Assembly: GCF_009914755.1 (NCBI RefSeq)
Contig: NC_060937.1
Strand: one strand, 5' to 3'
DNA from: the human T2T-CHM13v2.0 reference genome, Homo sapiens
DNA length: 64,000 nt
Made by a program: the position numbers and the translations under genes
Notes under the pieces: model-generated
The model's input: only the letters and a program-made list of their open reading frames with translations
Database searches by the model: none
Told to the model about the DNA's origin: nothing
In this document: piece after piece, positions 28,276-41,798 of the stretch
Layout of the letters: every line of letters starts with the position of its first letter
Position numbering within the stretch: the first letter of the stretch is position 1

Positions 28276-29119
28276 TGTTACCGGGAAGTGCGGAAGTCCT
28301 TGGTTCTTGTCTTACTTGGGAAAAAGAATTAGGCCAAGAGACGAATTTAGCAAAGAGAGCAGAGAATTTATTGAAGAAAAGTCAATTGAAGGGAGTTTAC
28401 TGAAGGAAAATAGAGAGCAGAGATTTGATTGAAGGACATACACTCCATGAGAGGAACAGGCTGGTCTGGCTGGTAAATAGCAGTAGTAGCAGCAAGGGTT
28501 ACATAGCAAAAGAGACAGAACACTCTGAAAGACAAGGCAGAGCAGGCAGCTTGAAAGAAAAGGAGTCAGCAGTCCCAAGAGTTCTCCATTGTGTTTTTTA
28601 TTATGTGGGACTCTTGCTTTAAGCTCCCTCCTCTGTCTCAAGGACTTTGTCTTTGTCTAGTTTCCCACTTGTGCCTTAAATCCTCACCATTTTCCCCAGC
28701 TAGTTCCCACCCATAGGTTTGTGGGATTCTCCCTTACTGTCAGTGGCTGCACAAGTATGGGCCCAGGGTTGGCTACAAATTCTACCTACTGGCAGCCCTG
28801 CTCATTACTGCCACCCCAGGAAGGATGTATTGTGGTTAGATCTTTACTTACTCTGCCTGTGTTTCTCTTAGGAATTGCTCCTTGGCCCTCCTTTCTCTCT
28901 TATCAGCGTGTAGCTAGATGCATTCTGACAAGGTAACTGTGGAGTGAGCTTCTTAAGGGGTGTTTTGGGTCATTCCTTTTTACACAGGCATTTATCTTCC
29001 TCTCTGCTCATATCTAGAATGCATGTTTTGGGTGGTCTCTGGGGTGTGAAATTTTCCAGAGCTCCTTTTCTCAGGGACTCCCTCTCCTGCTCATGTCTAG
29101 CTATCTGCCTACTCTAACA
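28276..29119 (-). mobile_element. ERV1-class solo LTR, MER50-like
   Basis: Minus strand starts TGTTAGAGTAGGCAGATAGCTAGACATGAGCAGG; TG..CA termini; imperfect TSD ATTG/ATTA; removing it rejoins the ERV-L RT motif. Confidence 0.8.
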
Positions 29120-30649
29120 ATTATAGTAAAATTATGTTGACTTTGTACCCACCTAAAGACGAACTGAGCTTTACTTTCTTTTGCCGTAGGTACAAAAACA
29201 AGGCATCAGCCCAGTCACCTTTCACTGTTCTTTGTCTGCTGCATCTTTTGGATAGCTTATCAGGTACTACAGCCCTTATAAAGTTTACTATATCATTCAT
29301 TCACCATTAGTCTCCCATCAGACTCCAAAATTTGCTTAACAATTTCAGACTGTTATAAAATAGGTGCATTGATATTATTACCCCTACTTCTACCATTTTA
29401 AGTCAAAGTAGAAATTTTCTGCTACCCTTAGGGAATTCTATATATATCACTAAATAAGGCTGAGGAAGTTTCACTTTTTATGTTCAATTTATTCTGGCAG
29501 AGGACAGACTTGGCTGAAATTTGACCTGAAGGAGATAACAGCAATATTTACCACTTATGTCACAATCATTGCTAATATGGATTGAGGTGAATACCTTGTA
29601 GTTTCTAGCATTTCAATCTGTAACTTCATTTTTAACTGAATGCCGTTCAAGAAAGCATCTCTCTAACCACCCAATTCTACTGAAATCCCTGCAGTTTCTT
29701 TTCACTGTCACTGGCAGAGATGCTATGGTACTGGGGACCTTTATCCAATAAGCCAAAGAAGAATTGCTCCATATTCCTTTATATTTAACCTAAAAGTTTC
29801 ACAGAGACTTGATGTTCATGCTGGAAGTTTCAGTTGGGAATTCCTGGACTAAATTATACTTCATAGATTAGATGAAATTCTGCAACATGTTTCAGCTCTC
29901 CCATTTAGTTCTTCTTTCAGTTTATCTATTTTAAATTCATCCAGAAAAGATAGATTTAATGTGTCAAAAATCCTTTAAGGGAGATGATTTGTAAAGTAGA
30001 TGCTTTGTGGGCACCCATCTATTTTTTTCACTTTAATCACTCCCCGCCCTATTTAATATACAACAGAACAATCCCAAATGACTTAATCTTTTTTTCCCCA
30101 ACATTGCCCTTAGGCTCAGAGTTTCCCTTTTTCTTTGTTGTTTTTCAAATTGCTCTAACTTTTTGTGCTTACTTAAACTCCATCAAAAATAATTGAGGAT
30201 GCTATTCTGCTACTGAGTTATAATGTTCTTTTGTCCCCTGAAATGAAAGATTGAAGTTTCCTTGAATTATTGTTTCCATCATTGTTTGAAGAAGCAGCAC
30301 ATCATTGGAGATAGCTCTATTTTGATTATTGTATAACCAACCCAATGGGGTTGCTCCCTTTAGCACTTTAATTGTTCAATGGGCTTGTTCCATTTTAACA
30401 TAAAAAGGGAAGAGGACAATTCTCATTTTCCCCCTGACTCTGGATTTTACCACCTTAAAGGGGGGCAGATGTGCTACATTTTTGCCATGAATGAATTGAA
30501 TGCCAAAACCACAGCTAATTTTAACTAGGTACTCATTCCAAATGGATTTCTTTATTCTTTAACACCTAAGCATCAAACTAGTAGATTAACCTTAATTTTC
30601 TTTCAAATTCTTCCAAAGAGTACTGAAACATCAATATGAAAACCTTTTC

Positions 30650-30745
30650 AGCTTTATTGTAGTATAATTGACATAAAAATTGTATATATTCAAAAACGTA
30701 TGCATTATGAAATTATTACCACAATTAAGCAATATATCCATCACC
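30650..30745 (-). mobile_element. Short L1M 3'-end fragment
   Basis: AGCTTTATTGAGTATAATTGACATAAAAATTGTATATATTC is typical of an antisense L1MA/MB 3' terminus. Confidence 0.65.
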
Positions 30746-31629
30746 AGATGTTGGTAAAAATGAATCCTTTTTTTTCAAATAATCAAATTAATTACTCAGT
30801 CCCTAGTTAATGGTTTCAATTTTCCAATGCAGTCAACAGCAATCACTGTAGTTTTGGGGAGGGGGGATTTTCGCTATTTGTTTTCTACTCAATTGCAGTC
30901 AAACTTATATTATATAACTTGCATTAAAAAGACAAATCCCTGATCACATGTGGCAATATTTTCACCATCTCAGACCGCAGATGGATTGGCAATCACCTAG
31001 GGATCAAATACTTATCAGTTCCTTTCTCCCTATTTTGTCTCTCACCTCATAAATCTTTTGCTATATCGAGTAGAGGTCATTGTGTCAATTCCACTTCTGC
31101 CATTAATCTGCCTGCTACACAATCATTGATCCAACATTCACAAGAAATGTTATGTCTTCAACCTATTTTACTTCCATTGAATGACTCACAATAGGCAATA
31201 CAGTACACTGACCTGCAGTTGCTTTGGGAGGTAAAGTTCCATCTCAAGCACAATTTGCTGGCTTCACTGCACAGGTCCATGTCACTATAAAAGACAAAGT
31301 TGACGATGGTTTTGTCCATTTTAATTCATTAAATGTATCCCTGCCATTTGTTTCCTGTCTTAAACTCTGCTTGTCAAGCAGCCTATCAAGCAATATATGT
31401 CAAGGCACATGCTTTCTATTGCAGCTGGAATCTACCAGTCAGAATTTCATAATAAATAATTCTGACAATGACATGCAGTTGCTCATCTTGGTAGAACATA
31501 AATGAGGCATCATTCCACATTTATCTTTGAAGTAGTCTTGGATCATATTTACAGGACTTTCTGAGTCTAGCTTAATAGTTTTGAGCATCCATTGTCTTTT
31601 TATTTGCGTGTAGTATCTGAATACGTCAT

Positions 31630-32293
31630 TGTAAACCAAAAAGTCTCTGTGACGGGTCTCAGTGAACGTAGAGGTTTATCTGGCCAAGATTGAGGGTACA
31701 CACAGGTAAAAGAAACACAAAACCACAGGAATATTTGTAATCTATGTTTTTTCCAAAGAGGGTTTGGGGACTTAAATATTTTCAATATTTAAGGGCAAAA
31801 GAGCAGGTAACAGAGGAAAGAGGAAAAAAAAAACCAGGGAGCGTAGATAAAAAGGGGCAAGTGTTTGCATTCTTCTGAAGCTTTGATCAGCGGTTACTGA
31901 ATCCACATGTTTTACATGTGAAATGATGGGGTAGAAGAATAGTCTATTATGTATTTTTCTGGTTAGCTCAGTTAATCTACATTAATATACATTTGTCTCA
32001 GGTGGGTAGAGGGATGACTCCTGGGCCTGTCTTGTCTTGTACCTGTGAAGATAAGCTGTTGATTCACATTGTAAGTGTGAATTCAACAGAACTGTTTTAT
32101 GGTAAAGATCTTGGGGCCTACAAGACATTTCCTCAGGAGCAAGTTGTGAGAGTGGATTCCTAGGGTAGTATGTGGCCTTTTATCTTTGTAGGAACAAAAA
32201 TGAGAGGCTGTTTAGCCTGATTCACTTCCCAAATTTGACTTTTCCTTTTGGCTTAGTGAGTTTGGGGTCCAGATATTTTATTTTCCTCTACCA
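31630..32293 (-). mobile_element. MER4-family (MER4A/B-like) ERV1 solo LTR
   Basis: Minus strand begins TGGTAGAGGAAAATAAAATATCTGGACCCCAAACTCACTAAGCCAAAAGGAAAAGTCAA; 4-bp TSD TCAT at 31626-31629 and 32294-32297. Confidence 0.85.
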
Positions 32294-32429
32294 TCATTAT
32301 TATGGTTATTTATCTTAAGATATATTTGTCAAAGATATTTTGAAGTTAGGGAGTTCAGAAATAGACTCAATATTCAAGATGTGTCTGACTAGCAAAAAAA
32401 CAGAAAGCTTATTAACCCCAGTTTCAGGG

Positions 32430-33113
32430 ACAATTTTCTGCACATCAAGCCACTCCAAAACTTTCTACCTTCAAACAACCACCATTTATTTGTTCATATT
32501 TCTAACGGTTGTCAGTTTGGACTCTCAATTGGGTATTTCTTTTGCAGGTCTTGCCTGTAGTACCTTATGCAGCTATGTGAGACGGAATGATCCTAGATGA
32601 CCTCAATTACATGTCTGGACCTTCGCTGGAGTGTCTGGACATTCTTTGTCTGTGCAGTGTCTCTCTCCATGTGATTTATCATCTTCAAGGAGGCTAAACT
32701 GTGCTTATTTGCAGAATAAGAGTGTTGGGATTCTAAAAGGGCATATTCTATTGGTTAAAGAATGCCATCCAAGATTCAAAAGGAAAGGGAATAGATTTAT
32801 TGGATAGCATGGTGACTATAGTTAATGACAACATATTGTAATTTTGAAAAATGTTGAGTATACCTATTAAGTGTTCTCACCACAAAATGATAATGATGTG
32901 AAGGGATGCATTTGTTAATTAGCTAGATTTAACTTATCCACAGGTATATCCAATTTACAACATTATGTTGTTTGTGATAAATACATGCAATTCTATATGT
33001 TAATTTATAGTAAATAAATACATAAATAAATTTGAAAAAAAAGAAAGGGGAAGGAAATAGATGTCACCCACTGTGGCAGGGAGGCCAAAAAAAGTGACAA
33101 ATCAATCCACCAC
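32430..33113 (-). mobile_element. Old MLT1 (H-like) LTR, interrupted by an L1 fragment
   Basis: CATATTCTATTGGTTAAAG..CCAAGATTCAA..GGAAATAGAT..AATCCACCACA is an antisense MLT1 pattern. Confidence 0.6.
32797..33042 (+). mobile_element. L1MA 3'-end fragment
   Basis: AGCATGGTGACTATAGTTAATGACAA..TGTTCTCACCACAAAA..GTTAATTAGCTAGATTT with an A-rich tail; degenerate TSD ..GGAATAGAT / ..GAAATAGAT. Confidence 0.8.
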
Positions 33114-33239
33114 AACCTCTTTGATCAGCACACTTTATAAAGCAGAATGACATCATACAGTAAAGGACAGAAGAGTGATTGAGAGTGAACACATGAAGAT
33201 ACTGGAGCCTGACAACTAACAAGAGAATAATATTTAAAG

Positions 33240-33425
33240 CTGTGGAGTGTTGTGGTCAAGACTGCAGAGTTTAGAATGAATCTGCCTAGGTGTGATTCTT
33301 GGTTTCTTCATTTAATAGTTGTATAGCTTGTTGGGTCGCTGTGAGGATTAAATGAGCTAATGTATAATATATGAAGTGCTTGGTCTAGCTCTTGAGGGAT
33401 TGTAAGTGCTAACTAAATGTTATAA
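33240..33425 (+). mobile_element. MIR (internally deleted)
   Basis: GTGGTCAAGA..CTGCCTAGGT..TGTGAGGATTAAATGAGCTAATG..GTAAGTGCT. Confidence 0.75.
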
Positions 33426-34441
33426 ATCATTTTTGAGCATAACTTATATTGCAAATTGCTTATCACAGAAGTATTTACAACTTAAAGCTAGGAATTTAAA
33501 CTTTATCATTTTTGTCTAATAAATTATTGATTTTATATGCTCACTTTAGCTTATAAATATGTTTTTGATTTCAGATTGTCATGCTATTAGAAATTCCTCC
33601 AATATGTCTCTCATAATTGATAAAGTGACATCCTTAAGGACTTGATAAAAATGTCACTCAGTTTTTATTCAGTTTCCAAAACAGCAAAACACTACCAATG
33701 ACTTTTTTTCTTTTGCCTCCTCTTGGATTAAACATTGTTTTTTTCTCCTTTTATTTTTGCTGTGTTGGAAAGCTATGTACTCTAGGTATATTCTTTAAGT
33801 AAGTTTTCCTACAATTTTAACAAGCTTGCTTATTCTTTTATATATTTCTAACCCATCCAAGTTACTGAGGTAAACACGTTATGAAATTTGTCTAAATATT
33901 CTCCAACAATCTGCGAAGTTTTGATTTTGTAAAATTTCTACCTTGTTTTAAAACAAAAATAGCTTATTTTATAATCTTTTCATACGTGATGATTTATTGA
34001 CATGTTTTACTTATGTTTTTGCTCATTATTGTTTTTTTCTCTTCACTTTTTGTGTTTACATATCTTGTTGTCCAAGTTTGTCATTCAATGTTTGTAGCAA
34101 ACATCTGGAGCCGTAAACTATTGGTGAAACTGTTTCGGTTTTCTTTTCTTTTTTTCTCTTCTCTTTTCTTTCTTTTATTTTCTTTGTTTTTTCTTTCTTT
34201 TTTTTTTTAAACTCAGTAATGGTAGTTTAGCAAGATGTAGAAGAAAAGATGCATTTATTTTCTGTCACTATAGTGACTTATAGCACCTATTACTCCTGAT
34301 AGGAAGTCTTATGTCAGATTATAATCTTTTCACTTTTGTACTTTTTAATATTTTTCCATTTTCCTTAATTTTTTAATAATTTATTTTTTCTAAGCATTTT
34401 TCAAAAATTGTATATATTTAAAGTATGCAATGTAATTTTTC

Positions 34442-34446
<5 letters not shown>

Positions 34447-34482
<36 letters not shown>
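34447..34482. repeat. (TA)n microsatellite abutting MER2
   Basis: Read directly. Confidence 0.95.
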
Positions 34483-34487
<5 letters not shown>

Positions 34488-34801
34488 ATCCCTCAGTCTC
34501 TGCAGGCGATTTGTTCTAGGACCTCATGTATACCAAAACTTGCAAATGTTCAAGTCCCTTATTTAAAATCATTTAGTATTTGCATGTATCCTACACACAT
34601 TCTCCCTTAGACTTTAAATCATTTTGAGATTACTTATAACACTCAATTCAAATAAATCTTATGTAAATAGTTGCTATACTGTCTCATTTTTTATTTATAT
34701 TATTTTTATTGTATAGTTATTTTTAATTATTTTCAAATATTTTCCATCTGAAGTTGGTTGAACCTGTGTACCTGGAAGCTATGGATATGGAGGGCTGACT
34801 G
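34483..34801 (+). mobile_element. MER2-family Tigger element
   Basis: TAGTCATCCCTCAGT.. start and ..GGATATGGAGGGCTGACTG end followed by TA. Confidence 0.85.
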
Positions 34802-35713
34802 TACATAATGAAAAGGTTACTACAGTCAAGTAAATTAATGTATATACCATCTCACATAGTTACTTTTGTGTGTGGTAAGAGCACCTAAAGTTAACTGTCT
34901 TAGCAACTTCCAGTATACAATACTATATTATTAACTGTAATCCTCATGCTATACATTAGATCTCTAGACTTACTCAACCTATATAGCTGCAACTTTGTAC
35001 TCTTTGATTTACATTACCTAATACTCCCTGGCCCATCCCCCAGCCAAATCACAGTTCTACTTTCAGTTTCTTTCACTTTTTTAAAAAAAAAGAGTTCAAA
35101 TATAAGTGAGATTATGTAGTATTTTTCTTTCTATGTTTGGTTTACATCACTTAGCATAATCTTCCTGATTCATCAATGTCACAAAAGGTAGGATTTTTTT
35201 ATTTTTCAAGGTTGAATAATATTTCACTGTGTATATATATCACAATTTCTTTATTCAAATTTCTGTCAATAGACACTTAGGTTGTATTCATATCTGACTA
35301 TTGTGATTAATACCGCAGTGAACATGGCGAGGCCAGATACCTTGAGGAACTGCAGATTTCATCTTTTTGGGGTATGTATGTACCTAGAAGAGGAATTGAT
35401 GCATCATAGGAACTTCTATTTTTAATTTTTTAAGGAACCTCCATACTGTTTTCCATAATGGTTGCATCAATTTGGATTTCCACCAACAGCATATGAAAGT
35501 TTTCTTTTCTCCACACCCTCCTTAACAATTGTTATCTCCTGTCTTTTTCATAAGAGCCATACTACTAGATGTGAGGTAATATTTCATAGCGGTTTTGATT
35601 CACATTTTCATAATGAGTCATGATGATGAGCATTTTTTCATACACATGTTGGTCATTTTTATGTCTTCAAAGAAATGCTTGTTCACATTCTTTACACATT
35701 TTGAAATTGGGAG

Positions 35714-35810
35714 ATATATATATGTGTGTGTGTGTATATATATATATATAATATAGCCATTGAGTTTTGTGTGTGTGTGTGTATATATAATGTATGGCTA
35801 TTGAGTTGTA

Positions 35811-35857
<47 letters not shown>
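35714..35857. repeat. Compound (TA)n/(TG)n repeat with duplicated spacer (GCCATTGAGTT / GCTATTGAGTT)
   Basis: Read directly. Confidence 0.85.
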
Positions 35858-36092
35858 CTATGTTTGTTTGTAGGTTGGTACCATTCAGCAATGGAATATA
35901 CTTTCATTCTAATATATGGAATTTTTTTGGTTAATTACCAAAAATTTTGAATCATTTTCTATTTTAATTTTGATGCTTCCCCAATTATTTTATTATCTTC
36001 TTCAAGAACTTCCATTAAATATAATTTAGAATTACCCAATCTGCTTTTCAGATTTTTCATTTCATATGTACTTTCTCAATTATAACTTTTGA

Positions 36093-36497
<405 letters not shown>

Positions 36498-37204
36498 TTA
36501 GTTTTGTTTTATAGATGCTTTTTTTTTTTCATATTCACTCTGAGCATTAAAAATACACTTATGTTAACATCTTTGGTGTACTCTGATATTTCCAGTTCAA
36601 CATTATTAATTGATAACAAGTAAGTTTGTTTAGTTTTATTAGTTCTTCTCATAGCCTGTATTTCTTTCCATATATTGTCATTTTGTTCTGAGGGCCTACA
36701 ATTCATATGATTTTTTTCTTATGCTTTCCTTTCTGTACACTCATTTCAACTCTCAGGCATTTTTACAGTTATCTCACACCTCAACTCCTTCTTAAGGATC
36801 ATGACTCAGAGGCAGTATTGCTTGTGGACACCTACAAGAGGACTGCATAATAATCTTCAACAGTGCAGAACATGCACCAGGCTTCTGCACAATAAATTAG
36901 TTTTCTTCTCTTTCATTCCCAAAGGCAAATCCTGAATCATAGTCCCCCAAAATGAAGATATTCAGAAAATCTCTTGCCTGCTTTCACATGTGGCCAGAGA
37001 TAGTACCAGTCCTAGACTTCCCCTAGGGGGCTTTTGCCTCCATTCTCTCACTATATGTGGGGCCTGTTTCATCCTGTTTTCCTGCCAGGATTGAAGTTCC
37101 AGCCCGTTTTATCTTCTTCTCATAGTATTCAGAGATTTCTGCCTTCAGCTCCCACTTACTTATGTGAGTTTGTCCTCTGACCCATAACAATCAGTTCTGT
37201 GAGA

Positions 37205-37415
37205 TATAGAAGATGCTGGAACCCTTGAAAGTCACATGTTGCAGATGCCAGAGGCTATAGCAGTGAGAGTCTCTGAATTACTCTGTAAAGACTTGCCTCG
37301 TGGACCTGTTTATTGGCTCACTATTGTTAAATACACAAGAGGCAGACTGCTCTTAGGTTGAACCTTTACGTATTTGAGATATTGTTATCAGATGCTAGCT
37401 TATCTTGATAAATGA
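37205..37415 (+). mobile_element. Old MLT1 (J-like) LTR fragment
   Basis: CCCTTGAAAGTCACATGTTGCAGATG..GAGTCTCTGAATTACT..TATTTGAGATATTGTT. Confidence 0.45.
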
Positions 37416-40400
37416 ACTGTTTAACCTGAAAGTTGTGTGTCTTTTGGCAACTTCAACCTTTTATTAGGTACTAAATTTTTTGTTTGATTATGGTATTTAA
37501 AAGATGATTTTTAAAAATGTTTTTGAGGAGTTCTCAGTAGTCATTTCTCTGTTGAAGGCTACCCCAAACAAAATCCATCTGCATATGAAAATGTACAAAT
37601 ATCTCCTGTATAATACTGTTAAACAGCCCCCAAATTAATTTAAAGTTAGATCAGTATCATTAATGTTAATTAATTTTACTCTCCAAAAAGAATAAGCTTG
37701 TCTTTGCCCCCACACAATCTGAAAATATTTATCCACTGTAGGAACTGTGAAAGAACTTTTACTATTGTTGCCATCCACAGGGAGGTCATAAATTCTTGTC
37801 ATTCATCTCTAAATAGAAGCATTCCTAAATTAGATGACATTTAGTAACATGTTATAAAAGCCTCAGAAGGTTTTTTTCTAGTACTATTCTAGGTGACCTT
37901 ATATGTCTGTTTTGTTTTTGTTTTATGTTGCTCGTTTGCCTTACAAATAGTCTTTGAAGATTTTGTCTTAAAAGTTGGTGCCTTTATAGTGATATGGGTG
38001 TGTTATTTGAAGCATGTCATCCATGCCATATTTCACATTTATTTGTGAACATTTGTAATTTATTGCCGGAGATTAGTTTTTGTTTTTGTTTTCTTTAACA
38101 CACCGTATTCCTTTTGAAACTTAAAAAATTCAGAACTTAAAACACAACTTCTTTTATCTGAACCTTTAGAAAACTCTATAACTCAATTACAAGGGATATT
38201 TTGTCTGTTGGACATTGTTCTTTTTTACTTTACTATTGTAACTTCTAAGATAATATGACTATTACTTGTTGCATTTATTTTACTTTATTACCACTAATTT
38301 TTTTTGTCTTTTTGTTCAGGATTAAGTCCAATTTATGATTGTTCATTTTTGCTTCTTCTAAATTTTGAGTTACCAACTACCATTTATTCAATTTTGTAGT
38401 GTTGGCAAACCTTGTTTTTAGCTTGTTGAAACTACCACAGAACATGTAGATATTTAAAACCTCTCATTTTGTTCAAAGAACATATAATTACATATATATT
38501 TTTTAACTGTGGCAGAAAAGCATGCACTTTGTCTAGCCAAGCAGTCAGTACACAATAATGTTCTATAGCTCACATCTTTTTCCTTTTGTCCTTTTTAATA
38601 ACTTACAGAATGCTTTATGCTTGTGAATTTTCATATTAATACTCTTTGTGCAGGTTTGTGTGTGCTTATGCCCTTACCCAAATACTGGATGAATTATTCT
38701 TTAGAGAACATTCACGTGTCTGTATCTTTCTGTTATGAATTCCATATACTAGAACCATTTGCAAGACACCAGGGTGAATTGACCCATTAGCTTTGGCACC
38801 AACCCTTGACTAATTATGAGCATTAAATAAGTTACTGATCCTCTCTAAGCTACTATGTGGGTAAATATATATATATTACATATATATAAATAAGTATATA
38901 TCATATATAAGTATATATGATATATACATATTCACATATTAAATAAATATATACACATACCCACATATATAGTGAATATGTTTATATCAATAAATTATAG
39001 AAATGTGTAAAGTGTGTAGGATGCCATATTACTTTTTATGACATAAAATATTAATATTTTTATTTTCTATGAAGCTGTTAAAATTTCTATACACAGAAAT
39101 ATAGACATCTGAACTACAGAATATTTTATTTTTTCTGTTATTTTCACCCAAAATCACTGAGCAAAATCATCATTTCTCCCCACTTGCATTTCTGATTTTA
39201 TCTGGGTACACTTCTATCTGGATACACTTTTCTACCTTCCTCAGCTTAAAATACTGTTGATTAGAAACCAACTTGTAGCCAATAATTTCTCTTTCTGATT
39301 TTTTCATAAACGCTCCAGTTCTTACCTAGGGCCAATTGCTTTCAGAGTATTACACTCTATCTTTTTTATTCTCACCTAAATACTTTTGTGTACACTTTAA
39401 CCTATTTTCTCCGTATTTTTCAGTACTAGAGATAGTGCATGAGTAGTAATAAAGTGATCTGTAATCTGTTTATATAGATTTATTCAACTTCTCCTGAGAT
39501 TTTTTTCTTTGCACCACAAAAGTAAATAGGTAAATAAAATGACAACAAATTCATGCCCCTCGGTTTTTTTAAATATAGAACTTATAGTTTTTTATTACAT
39601 TTCCAGCGTTTTAAAAATTCTTTAAAATTAAAAAAAAATTCTTTTGTAGTATGGACCCCAGGCCTGTATAATATACTCATAAATGTTGATCAATTTTAAC
39701 CATAGATGGTAGATTACTTTATATTACTTATATTTTGCACTCTTCCTCACACAGTACAGAACCCGGTTTCTTCCTAACTATGAAGAAATCATTCATCAAA
39801 GTCAAAGCAAGAAGAATTTGTTATTGCACCCTCAATAAAATGTACAATGACAAGTTTTATAGTCACTGAAAGTGGTAATATCTTATGAATCATATATATT
39901 TAAATACAAGTAAAATATATTGTACAATTTAAAACTCTACAATAAATTGTGGTTGGGAATGACCATTCTCTCCCTAAGAAGCTTTACCTGCATCTACCCA
40001 TTGTGAGCTAAGACAGGGAGGTAGACTCCAGCTTCATACTGGAGATATATTTTTTTTAATAAATAAAGTTTTCAAGTCAGGAAATTGGGATGCTTATGCA
40101 ATATCAACACAGACTCAGAATCTATTAAGGACATATTACAGTGGATTTTTTATTGGTTAAGAGAAAGGTGTGTCAGAATCTCCAAAATATCTTTTCTCTT
40201 TAGCTTTATGGCAATTGTAGTATTCTAATCTGTATTCCTGTAGTTTTTGTACTTGTCTCATCATTTCTCCCATAGATGCATGTCTTTATGCAGAAAAAGG
40301 GTGAGGGGGTGGGAATCCAAATATCTTTAAATTTTTCCTGATATCTAACAGGATAGCTTACGGATATTGACCATCTAATATATTTTTCTCAAATGCCTTA

Positions 40401-41581
40401 TCTATATAATTAAGAATAAGATAAGTTAAAAGCAGTATTTTAAAAATTTAAAATAATCTAATGAGAGTATAAAAAGATTGGAAAGTATAAAATAAAAATT
40501 GACTAAAGAATAATAAAACCAAACATATACACATATATATAAAATTAAAATAAGGCAAACATCAACTACACAGATAAAAGATTATTGGACAGATATTAGT
40601 CCCCAAGCATAGTGGCCAAACTTACTGGTATATTTCAGAATAAATTAAAATTGTGGATCATAATGCTTTGAAATTATTGAGAAATCTATGTTTACCTGTT
40701 TGCAGTGCTTTCTGACATTAAACATTTCATAAATTTTGGGTGCCGATACATTTCTCAGTTTTTCAGAGAATTATGTAGATTATTTTTTTCGAAATTTTAG
40801 ATGTTTTTATGAAAGCAGGGCTGTCTACTGACCTTAAAAATGTTTTGACCTCTAAATACTGTCAGCAATGACATTTATAGAATAAAATATCTTACATAAT
40901 AGAAAAAATATGATGTTTTGATTAATTTCTTCTATTATTCTACTTCAAAAACAATTACTTTTGCATGATTTTATATAATTTTTCCTCTCTAGTGAAATGT
41001 GAGTGTATGTGTTTTTTAAAGTTTTCTCCAGAAGCAATGTTTCTCCTCTACATGAAGAAAATTGAAATGTTTCAACTATTTCATCTCTTATGTTTCAAAA
41101 TAGTAATTAATTTTAATATTCCAAAGAATTCAGACATTTCTAGTACTGTGCTATATACAGTTGTACAACATAGCATTTCTATTCTGCTTAACAGTTTGCA
41201 AAATGTCTTCACATATAGAATTTCTACAGAGGCATCATTTTCAAATACAGAAAATGTTCAGAGAATATCATTTTTGATGATGATATGGGGGTGACTATTC
41301 TGGTATCACTTGAAGAAGCAGTACTTTGCGAAAAAGGAAGTAACTGATTATAGGAGGTCAAAATGCCCTGATGCTCATATCTATGGAAAACATGATTTCT
41401 CCTCTGAATTTATGACAAAGTTTATGACGATTTTCCCCTTCCTTATAAGCCCTCAGATTGATCTTTGTAATTGCTTTTCAAAATTTAATTTACATTATTA
41501 AACTTCACTTCACTTATTTAAAAATAGATATTTAAATCTCTTATTTGTTTAAAAAGTCTGAAATATATTGTAAACAAAATA

Positions 41582-41743
41582 TGTACAGAAAATATGCCAC
41601 CATTGGGAGGCACAAGTGAGAGTTTGGGAAAATGTAAGGTTATTTTTCCACCTCTGGAGGTGTCCTTGACAATAGCAACAGTTGAATAGGGTAACCAAAG
41701 TTGATTGCAGGTGGCTGCAGACTCCAACAATATTAGCAGTAAT

Positions 41744-41798
<55 letters not shown>

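Larger units (their letters stand above)
20900..31620 (-). pseudogene. Highly decayed class III (ERV-L-like) proviral internal region: gag?-pro-pol(RT,RH,IN)-dUTPase-like plus unexplained 3' part; interrupted by younger elements
   Basis: Manual minus-strand translation, crossing frameshifts: GLLDKG (~29750, protease LLDTG); YRIP..VGVIISMHLFYNS (~29430-29350); DWADALF..KAQFVFRW..FTI/..RYLN (split by the 28276-29119 LTR); HCVVGI (28185-28168, ~HYIDDI); RDELLFL..KKTVQHLV (~27990); EAWYMAG, QAAELLAV, FTASWAVV (27180-26970, RNase H); PVHDYQVD..RPLP (~26600, integrase); PLNLVVLIPKEFMG (~26000, dUTPase-like). Outer boundaries are uncertain. Confidence 0.75.
34390..35715 (-). mobile_element. L1MA (7-9-like) 3' portion, interrupted by MER2
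   Basis: CCATCTCACATAGTTAC..CATTAGATCTCTAGACTTA..AGGAACCTCCATACTGTTTTCCATAATGG..GAGCATTTTTTCATA is an antisense L1 3' region. Confidence 0.85.

Noticed and set aside
41749-41796. Polyglutamine gene or SCA8-type locus
   Set aside because: No enclosing ORF or exon structure, no adjacent CTA/TAG tract, and the flanks are ERV-L LTR sequence.
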